A DNA stretch of 64,000 nucleotides from Vitrella brassicaformis CCMP3155. Its lineage: Eukaryota > Protista > Chromerida. The DNA lies in contig CDMY01000243.1 in assembly GCA_001179505.1 (NCBI GenBank), positions 186,001 to 250,000 of the forward strand. The letters are read 5' to 3'. This document shows positions 50,201-59,635 of the stretch, piece by piece (position 1 is the stretch's first letter; the number at the start of each line of letters is the position of its first letter). Both the position numbers and the translations under genes were made by a program. The notes below the pieces were generated by a model, which searched no databases, was not told the origin of the DNA, and saw only the letters and a program-made list of their open reading frames with translations.

Positions 50201-50849
50201 GCACCCGCCCGCCGCCCAGCGCTGTGTTGGCGCATATGTTGGCGAGGGCGTACAGACAAGAGCTGAAGAAGAAGTCGAAGTTGAGGAAGCGCATGAAGGT
50301 GCCTCTCACGCCTTGTCCCTCAAAGAGGCTCTTGCGATAGAAAAGCAGGAAGGGTATGGCGAAGAATCCCGCCACGCAGAGCTGCAGGGAGGTGACGAGG
50401 GAGCCGAAGAAGACCCGGTCCGCCAGGGACATCTCGGTGGACGAGGGCCTGAGCGCCGTCTTGGTGATGACGCTGTGCATCGCACTCCCCAGGTACCAAC
50501 ACACGATCACGAAAATCTCCAGCACCAGTCCCCTCGCCTCCATCGTGCTTGCTGGCTCTGGCTGCTGAGAAGAGGAGTGCGGCTGAGAGGCTGAGGCTGC
50601 CCCCCCGCTCACGGGCTCGGTCTTGTGCTTGTTGTAGTGGTAGCGAATGAGGAGAGTCTCCCCGCTGTGTGTTCGAATGATGGTCTTGTTTGTTGACGTG
50701 TAGACGACGGTTGACGCTTTGCAGGCCGCCCCGCTGCCGCTGCCGCAGCCAGTCACCAGAGGTGAAGTCGGGGCTGTGGTTGACGATGGAGGTGTGCTTT
50801 TCTCGGAAGCCTTCTCACGTCCACGTCTGACTGATGGCCGGAGCAGCAT
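47257..50849 (-). CDS. Fusion: TPT/PPT-family (SLC35-like) transporter + TM anchor + linker + polysaccharide pyruvyltransferase (Pvg1/EpsI-like), 7 exons; 891 aa from ATG 50543 (993 aa from ATG 50849)
   Basis: Exons 50543-49614, 49538-49421, 49334-48793, 48680-48582, 48443-48045, 47952-47701 and 47592-47257 join in frame. Transporter motifs: QIIKCSELIITTIL and HAYFNAVKRAVIII. Pyruvyltransferase motifs: HENKGDAAI, GGGNFGDIW, FPQTI, ARDIPS, LPDSAF, DRLHAHIL, DNNYGKI. Confidence 0.88.
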
Positions 50850-51116
50850 CCACGCACACCATTTCTGACGCGCGCACCTTTTTGGTCCCACAACCAATTC
50901 ACAAACCCCACAAACCCAAAACCCCAATCCCTAGCTAAACCCAGCTTTGTTCGACCAGTGGCCCCCGGCGATCTTAACCAGCTCGAAAGATGACTGGTCG
51001 TTCTTAGGGTTTGTCGAACTGGCTGCGGCGGGGAAGGGCAGCTTATAGACTCACCCACAGCGGCACACTACAGCAAGGTCTGATTTGGATCTGTGTGAAG
51101 GCGGTGTTTTCTCGCG

Positions 51117-54012
51117 ATGGGGCTCACTACGATCCAAATCAAAAGCCTTGCCATGCTGGCAATCCTCGTCGTGGCGCACTGTAAGCGAGAAGGGGCAGGG
51201 TCAGGGTCACTGGGCAGACAGCGGGCAGACAGGATCTTGCATTCAGCTGTAGATGGCTGCAGTCAGACACCCCTGGGGGGTGGATGAGAGGGGAGTGAGA
51301 GGGGCGCTCAGCTTCACTTTGTGTGACTCTTGACCTTCACTTGCCATCCATCCACCATGGGCACACCTGAGCACCTTGATGATATGCATCGCAGCGACAC
51401 ACAATGCATCCATCAGGCGTGACAGATCTCTCGTAATCGGCGTTCTCTCTTATGGTCTGGTATGTGTGTGTGTGTGTGTGTGACTCTCAGGCCACGACGC
51501 GTCCCGCATGACTGCTTTCATCAGGGGCACCCCCCTGACCCGCAAGGTCGGCGGTGACTTTGCCGGCACCGGGCTCGTCTCGGGCAGCAACAAACAGGTC
51601 GGTGGGAGACGGCGCACACGGGTCAATCAGATCAGATCAGCGGGTGATTGCTCGACATTCCTTTCATGACTGTGTCTCTTATATCGGGGTGTTGTGTGTG
51701 GTGCAGTGCGTCCGTGTGTGCGGTGAGGGCCCGACTTGCGTGCGGATGGCTTTGGATCAGTCCAACCGCTACGTCAAGCTGGACCTGGACGAGGAGACCC
51801 TCATGAGGAATCAGCAGCACGTCCTCGTCGCATACCACATGCGACCCAAGTACCCCATCGCCAAGGACTTCATCAGGTGGGTGGGATAAGAGGCTCACCA
51901 CCCAAACCAGCCCCCACACATTGTTTTTGAGTCCTTGTGTGATGTGTGTGTGTGTGTGTCAGTACCGCCGCCCACTTTGCTGCCGAGTCGTCCACCGGCA
52001 CCAACGTCAACGTCTGCACGACCGACGACCACACCATCTCTGTCGACGCCGTCGCGTACGAGCTGGATGAGGAGAACGAGCTCATGAAGATCGCCTACCC
52101 CGTCAAGCTCTTCGACCGCAACATCACTGACGGACGGGCGATGCTCTGCTCCATCCTCACTCTCGTCATCGGCAACAACCAGGTGCGTGCGCTGCCCACC
52201 TACCTTGATGGATGACACACGCGAGCATGTGTCTCATTCATTATCCGTCTGTCGTGCTGTGTGTTGTGTGTTGTGTGTTGTGTGGTGTGATGTGTTCGTT
52301 CGTCTGGCCTCCTGCCTGCCTGCAGGGTATGGGTGACGTCGAGTACGGCAAGATCATGGACATCTGGTTCCCCCCTGACTTCGTGCGTCTGTTCGACGGC
52401 CCCGCGGTGGACATCCGTCACATGTGGCAGGTCATGGGCCGCGAGACCGTCCCCTACGACCCCACCACGGGCAAGACCGACTGGGACGGCGGCTTCGTCG
52501 TCGGCACCATCATCAAGCCCAAGCTCGGACTGAGGCCCAAGGAGTTCGCTGAGGCCGCCTACCAGTTCTGGCTCGGTGGCGACTTCCTCAAGAACGATGA
52601 GCCGCAGGTGCGTACAAGGCAGGCAGGCAGGCAGGGGACATGTCACAAGTGGATGGGTGATCGGACTGATGGACTGACGGATGGATGGATGGATGGATGT
52701 GGTGTTTTCGTGTGCTGTGTTATGTGTCTGCAGGGCAACCAGACCTTCTGCCCGATGCGGGAGGTCATCCCCATGGTGGTCAAGTCGCTCAAGAGGGCAA
52801 TGGCTGAGACCGGCCGCCGCATGTTCTTCTCCGCCAACATCACCGCCGACGACCCCGATGAGATGATCGCACGCGGCAAATACGTCCTCAGTACGCGCAC
52901 ACAGACGGGAGGGAATCAATCCATCAAGGAATCGCTCGTCGCACAGATCCTCGTGTGTGTGTATGTGTCGGTTGATGTGATGTCATGTGTGTGCAGGTCA
53001 GTTTGATCACCTGGCGGAGCAGTGCGCTCTCCTGGTGGACGGTTTCGTGGCTGGCCCCACGGCCGTGGCGACAGCGCGCCGCAACTTCCCCCGTCAGTGG
53101 CTGCACTACCATCGCGCCGGCCACGGCATGATCACCTCCCCCCAGACCCAGCGAGGCTACACCGCCCTGGTGCTCTCCAAGTTCTCGCGATTGCTCGGCT
53201 CGTCGGGTATCCACGTCGGCACCATGGGCTTCGGCAAGATGGAGTCAGAAGCCAGCGACCGGTCAGTTAATGAGACACACACACACACACACACACACGC
53301 GGATGGATGGATGTGCAGTGACATCGTGTACATGCTTGAGAGGGATGTGGCGAAGGGCCCGTACTTCACGCAGCAGTGGGCCAACATGAACCCCACCACC
53401 GGCATCATCTCTGGCGGCATGAACGCCATCCGTATGGTCAACTTCTTCACCAACCTCGGCCACGCCAACGTCGTCATGACCTGCGGTGGCGGCTCATACG
53501 GCCACGTCGACGGCCCCTCGGAGGGCGCCAAGTCCTGCCGACAGGTCCGCTGACCTGACCACACCATCACAACACAATCGTCCCACGAGCGCCCAGTGGC
53601 CACCAGCAACATGTTGTGTTGTGTTGTGTTGTGTTGGTCGTTGATTGATCAGGCCTGGCTGTGCTGGAAGGAGGGTGCCGATCCCCTTGAGTTCGCCAAG
53701 CGCCCCGAGAACCGCCAGTACGCCCGCGCCTTCATTTCCTTCGCCGCCGACTCTGACCAGATCTACCCCACCTGGAGGAAGGAGCTCAGGGGCATCCATG
53801 ACATCACCGGTGAGTCGTCAAGAAAGACACGGGCCATACGCGCACACGTCGGTCGACCCCTGATCATGTGACTGACCCACGTGTGTGTGTGTGTGTGTGT
53901 GCGTGCAGGCGAGGAGGGTATGGAGAAGATGGAGCAGGTGCTCAAGGTGGACATGGGCCGCAGTCAGGCAGTGGCCAAGGGCGTCCAGGCCTTCGACGCC
54001 TGGGGCAACTAG
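51117..54012 (+). CDS. cbbM: Nuclear-encoded Form II RuBisCO, single unit with a ~70-aa bipartite plastid leader, multi-exon
   Basis: Leader [22 protein letters not shown]...TAF...CVRM, then ALDQSNRY. Motifs: [76 protein letters not shown]. Confidence 0.97.
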
Positions 54013-55409
54013 CTGGCTGCCTGCCTGCCTGCCTGCCTGCTTCTCTTTTCCCCGCCCGTCCTCCTTTGTCACTCACCTGACCTCCCTCACCCACACATGA
54101 CATGCTTGCTGAGTACTGTGAACAACTGCGTGCATGCTTCTATGGACACACCACCCACACACACATCATCCATCCACTGGCTGCCTGCCTGCCCGCCCAC
54201 ACACCCCTCTGTCCGCTTGTCTGTCTGTCTCGCGTGTCCTGCCTACCCTAGTGTGCCTGGCTGCCTCGATCGACTGCCTCGTCTCGTCTCTACTACTTGC
54301 TGATGGGCTGAGATGAACCGAACTGACCATCTGATCTTTTTTCGCTTTGTGGCTGCTCGGTCCCTGTCTGCCCGTCTGTTCGCCTGTCGGTCTGTCTGTC
54401 TGTCTGTCTGCGTGGATGTGTCAACGAACGTCTGTCTGGGTGGAGGGGTGGTGTGTGGATGGGTGGCTGGCTGGTCGGCTGGCTGTCTGGATGTGTGTTT
54501 GTGTGTGTGTGTGTGTGGTGTGTGCGGTTGTACTCACTAAGTACTCACTTGCTGTCCGTCTGCCCTCCTGCCTGCTTGGCCATGAGTGAGCTTCGACGGC
54601 TCCCGGAGGGACTGTCATGATGTCGGTAGATAAGATGGTGGATCGATGACTGCCGGTGGTGGTGTGACGGGCTCTTTGTCGCCATGTTATCATCTAGACA
54701 GGGCAACGGATGACCGAGGGAGGAAGAATAGCACAGGATAGCATAGCATACGAACACGCACGGGACGTCCCAAGTTAGTCAGTCCGCAGCGGGCCTGCAG
54801 GAGAGGACGCTTTGAAGCAAGGAGGGGGCGGTGCTGGTGCGAGAATGAATGAATGGCGAGAGAGAGGCGAGGGATACTTGTGTGTCGTGGGTATTATCTG
54901 TATGTGTGTACGTGTGTGGGTGTGTGTGGTTCGTGGGGTGGCTGGCTGGGTGTATGGATGGGTGGTGGTGGTTGCTTGCGGTGAAGTCTGACAATGAAGT
55001 TCACTGGTGGAGGGAGGGACGGGGACACTCCCCTTTCAATTTTGCATCGAGCGTCGGTTACTGGATCAATCTCGTGGTACCACCCTTCGTCCCGCAGCTG
55101 TCGTCAGGCGGAGTACGGGCACACAGGCGAAGTACGGGCACACGGCTTTGACACAGCTCACGAACGCACACCATGCTTGACAATAGAAAGCTCGCAGCGA
55201 AGCGTGGGGGCCGTGGGACCGTCTCGTGTCGCGTCTCGCTGCCGGCCGACCTGAACGTGACAATGCTCTTCTTGCTGCGGGCCTTCGTCCTCCTCCCCAG
55301 CGTGGTGTTGGTGTCGTCGGAGATCCTTTCTCTCTCCAACACCAGCAATCAGGAGGCCCTGGGGAACCCGCGTCTCGTCAGAAATCCGGTTCCTCCTCCC
55401 GCCCTGGTA

Positions 55410-56786
55410 CAGTCCGGACAGCGTAAGTGGGTCAGTACAGGGCTGACCCACTTACGTGTGTGACCCGCTTATGCGTACGTACAGAGCTGACCCACTTATT
55501 TTCCGGCGACTTTTGGAGTGATTTCTCGCTGTGAATGAATCACAGGAGCCTCTCAGAAGCCCGTTGACTCTTTTTTTNNNNNNNNNNNNNNNNNNNNNNN
55601 NNNNNNNNNNNNNNNNNNNNNNNNNNNNNNNNNNNNNNNNNNNNNNNNNNNNNNNNNNNNNNNNNNNNNNNNNNNNNNNNNNNNNNNNNNNNNNNNNNNN
55701 NNNNNNNNNNNNNNNNNNNNNNNNNNNNNNNNNNNNNNNNNNNNNNNNNNNNNNNNNNNNNNNNNNNNNNNNNNNNNNNNNNNNNNNNNNNNNNNNNNNN
55801 NNNNNNNNNNNNNNNNNNNNNNNNNNNNNNNNNNNNNNNNNNNNNNNNNNNNNNNNNNNNNNNNNNNNNNNNNNNNNAGCCTCTCAGAAGCCCGTTGACT
55901 CTTTTTTTCTCGCTCAAAGTCACTCAAAACGACGAAAAACCGTCTGTTCTCTCATTCATTCAATCAGTCCTTGGATGGCTGCGAGAGCCCTTGGATGTCT
56001 CCGAATGTTTGATTCATCGTTGATCTCCACACACGCCACGCAAAGTGATGCAGCCTGAGTGATTTTGTAAGAAGATTCGTCATTGACACATTCACTTGGC
56101 GTCATCAACGGTGTCTGATGGGCCATGACGGCACGAAAGGCATGAACAGCAAGCATAACAGGAAGCAAATCACATAAATGATGCCGCCCCACCGCCTGCA
56201 GCAGTGAATGCATCGGTCGGAATGGCCATCAAATCGCTCTCACGATGAGTGGGTAGTGGGTGGGCGGATGGGGTGGGTGTGGGTGGGCGGAGGGTGAAGT
56301 GATCCATGGAATGACTGAAGAGGAAGGAAGGCTGAACACATCAGGGCTGAAGAAACGTGTGTTCGGCTGGATGAATGCCGCCAGATGCCTCAGGTGACTC
56401 TGTTGACCACCCTCTTGTTTGTCACAAATGGGTGTCGGTGCCTCAAACGTGAAGCAGCTGCTCTTCCGTTTACATCGTGATCAACCTCGCCAAGCAAACT
56501 CGCCTTTTTGTCGCCTTGATTCGTCTCAGAAGATGACAATCAAAATGTCTGTATTTCTCCATGGAATCACTCTTTCATCGGTCCGCTCTTTCACAGAGGT
56601 GTTCTTCATCGTCTTGCGGTCATTTTGAGCCACGAATGGTCGGCCCGAATGGCTGATTTGAGTCTCTTTGGGAGCTGACCCGGTTATCCGGTCCGTTTTT
56701 GACTGTGTACGGAGTGATCAGGATGGGCTGACCCACATACGCAATTGACCCGCTTATGCGGTGACCCACTTACGCGGTCCGGACTG
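55410..56786. mobile_element. Non-autonomous Tc1/mariner-superfamily DNA transposon (MITE-like)
   Basis: 25-bp TIRs CAGTCCGGAC(A/C)GCGTAAGTGGGTCA at 55410-55434 and 56762-56786 (24/25 match). TA on both sides (55408-09, 56787-88). Subterminal TGACCC(A/G)CTTA-like repeats at 55444, 55461, 55488, 56676, 56729 and 56746. No transposase ORF recognised. Confidence 0.9.
55578..55877. other. Assembly gap (300 N) with duplicated flanks, probably a false gap
   Basis: agcctctcagaagcccgttgactcttttt occurs immediately before and after the N run. Confidence 0.97.
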
Positions 56787-58472
56787 TAGTCTGCCACAGC
56801 CCTTTCCACAGGCTACCGTTCCCCATTCCTGACGGCTACCAGCCCAGCAAGGCCAACAGGAAGGCATGGCTTGCAGAGTAGGTGCCTTTCCCATAGGGAG
56901 GACGACACGCGTTCTGCATCATGATGCCGTCTCATTTGTACTCGATTGTGCAGTTACGACCAATTGTACGCCTTTGCTGATCTGCCTTACTTCAACTTCA
57001 GCCGTCGCAACGTGCCAACGTACAGCCCTCAATTCCCCAAAAGCATCTTTCCCCGCAAACTCTGTACGCGTCTCGCTGTACACAATTAATGCCACACAAT
57101 GCTACATCGTCATGCGCGCGCCTTGGTGTGTGTCTGTTTGCACTGTCGATTAGTCGCGTTCGACTTGGAAGAGCGCAAGGTGTTCTGGTCGCATTGGGCG
57201 GCAAGATACGGAAGGGCAGAGATTGTGCCTCACTTGGACATCCTGTGTGGGGAGGAGGACAGCGATCCCTGCATGCCTGGTGAGGGATTCACTCACCCAG
57301 TTGGCACGATGGATGGATGCATGACGGGCGCTTGGTGGTTGGTGCATGTGGCTTGACTTGTCTCGTCGGGTGTGTATGTGTGCAGGGTATTGGCCGCATG
57401 ACGTGTTGGAAGCCCCGACACCCCATTACTGGCAGATGAACGTCCTGGACAATGATCACCTCAACGAAGGTATACGTCTCTGTCTCATGAACAAGTGTGT
57501 CTGTCTGTCTGTCGGCCTGTCGACCATTATCTTCCTTCCCTTTTCCGTGTTCGCAGCTCACCAGCACCTGGATCTGCCGCTACACCACTTCAAGGATATC
57601 ATCTTCCACAACTGTCATCGGGTGAGAGACTCCAGGGGTGTGTATAACATTGTCTATGTCTTCCTCCCTCCCTCCCTCCCTCCCTCCCTGTCTGTCTGTC
57701 TTGTCTGTTTGTAGGACATGTTCTTCCTTGAGGACGACGAGGTCAAGCATGTTCAGTTGATGGACGGTACCACCGCGCAATTCCGCCCTGCGAACGTCGA
57801 CATGTGGTTAACGACGCAACTCCTGCTAGCCACGGATGGCCTAGTTGCCAACACGATCTTTCCTGCGCTCTTTTGGAACGGGAGGCCTGCAAGTTTTCCA
57901 ACAAGGCGTCCCGTTCCCCCTTCCCGTTTCTGCGAACACCACGAGCGCTTTGGCCGTAAAATGTGCTGGGACTCCAGGGCTCACCTGCAGGACTTCGAGG
58001 TCTCCATGGTGAGAGAAACACACGTGGTATGCCCTTCTCCTTTCCTCCATGTGTGCACGTGTCTGTGTCTCTCTTACCCATTGTGATGGCATCTCGGTCG
58101 ATGCGCGTCGGAAAAGGCCATGCTCGGTAGGCAGCCAACTGTCAGGCAGACGAGGTGCTCGAATGAATGGATGTAGTTGGACATCTGGTGTCGCTGCTTG
58201 CAGAGCAGCAGCACGGGTGGCGCTACTTGGGAGGATGGGAAACACAGGACTGGGTGGGCGACGCGGGAACAGAGGACTGGGTGGGCGACCGCGGCATGAC
58301 CAAGAAGTTCGGCACCATCTTCCACAGCTGTGATCACCCGGAGTTCGGACACCTCTGTCAGCACTTCTCTCCCACAGCCTGAGAGTCGACCGTCCGCTGT
58401 GTGTGTGAGAGAGAGAGAGAGTGAGAGAGAGAGAGAGAGGGATTGTGTGCGAGCCTGAGAGTCGACCGTCCG

Positions 58473-58518
<46 letters not shown>

Positions 58519-58787
58519 GGGATTGTGTGGAGGGAGGGAGAGAGTGAGAGAATGAGTGATTGAGAGGGTCGAGACAGAGTCGATGGATCAGCGGTGGGGG
58601 GGACGCAAAAGGCGCGACATGACAAACTGATCAACGCACCGATTGTCTGATATCGATTAGTACACAAATGTACATCTTCCACGGCCAATGCACATGTACG
58701 TCTGTATATATGTGTGCACGTGTGTGTACCGCCAACACAAGAGGGCTCCTCATCGACTCAATTAACGCGCTGAGGGGCGAATCAGCC

Positions 58788-59180
58788 ATGATGGCGATGT
58801 TGCTTGCGGGCTTTCTCCTCCTCACCGCCGCACTGTCGACGGGCTCTTGCTTGTCGTACGACAGTCAGGACACCGACCCACTTCATGTGCTGCCCACTGA
58901 CCAACTGACAGAGGCGGAGGCGCAGGCACACAATCACACACACACACACACAGATGACACCCACATCCATCACTCTCTCTCTCTCTCTGTCTGTGTGCCT
59001 TCAGGCAGCCGTCCACAAGCTGCAGTTGGCGGAGCGGGGCGAGACACAACCAACAGAGCCGCCCAGCGCCGTGACACCACCACCCAAGCAGCCGCCCAGC
59101 CGCCAGGCCGCACCGTCCACAATGGTCACAGAGACGATGGAGGCAAAGGGCGTCTTCCCGTCAGACTTCGACGCACAGGT

Positions 59181-59211
<31 letters not shown>

Positions 59212-59382
59212 ACAGACAGACAGACAGACGGGCGGATGTGTGTGTGTCTCCCATCGCACTGCGTGTGTGTGGTTCAGACGGATCGAGATTTGGTGGAGAA
59301 GGGCTTCCTGATGTCACAGAGAAGAAGGAAGACGTTTGCCTCACCCGCCGCACACACCAAAGGCCAGCCAGCCAAGGAATGA
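58788..59382 (+). CDS. Small secreted/low-complexity hypothetical protein, 3 exons
   Basis: Signal peptide MMAMLLAGFLLLTAALSTGSC and a P/T/Q-rich middle; ends GQPAKE*. The first intron appears to use a GC donor. Confidence 0.55.
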
Positions 59383-59635
59383 GCGTGGTGAGACTCAGTC
59401 AGTGTGCCTCAGCCGCCTGTCTGTGCGTGTGATCTCCTTGTGCTGTGTCTCATTCATTTTCTCCAGGTGACTGATGCCACTGGTCTGTCTGTCTGAAGAG
59501 CAAGAGAGGAACGAAGTGACACCTCTGAGTGCATGTAACTAACATCACCACAGACCGTCGACATCAATGTATCTGAATTATTGATATCTGCGAGAGACAC
59601 ACAGCCGTGTGCTATCGCCTAGTGTCTACTCTACT

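Larger units (their letters stand above)
55263..58382 (+). pseudogene. Secretory-pathway protein gene (weakly GT-A/GT34-like) disrupted in exon 1 by a DNA transposon insertion
   Basis: N-terminal hydrophobic MLFLLRAFVLLPSVVLVSS. Removing the element and one TA gives an open exon, which splices in phase through 57002-57063 and later exons (including a 10-nt microexon at 58117-58126) to the stop at 58382. With the insert present, a stop occurs at 55461-55463. Confidence 0.65.

Noticed and set aside
51117-54012. RuBisCO-like protein (Form IV) or a polyprotein
   Set aside because: The Form II catalytic motifs are intact. A stop follows the first unit and no second LDQS start occurs downstream.
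49614-54012. PEP transporter next to RuBisCO as a C4/CCM gene cluster
   Set aside because: The transporter has no plastid leader and splices into a pyruvyltransferase. The adjacency is most likely coincidental.
55547-55907. Direct repeat flanking the gap inside the transposon
   Set aside because: Identical flanks around a fixed-size N run indicate unmerged contig ends, not a biological repeat.
55420-56790. Repeated TGACCCACTTA-like motifs as a CRISPR-type array
   Set aside because: The spacing is irregular, there are only 3-4 copies per end, and they lie within matched TIRs. They are transposon subterminal repeats in eukaryotic DNA.
58376-58530. Tandem duplicate of ~77 bp (agcctgagagtcgaccgtccgc + GT/GA arrays)
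   Set aside because: Microsatellite-associated slippage or an assembly artefact at a 3' end; no evidence of function.
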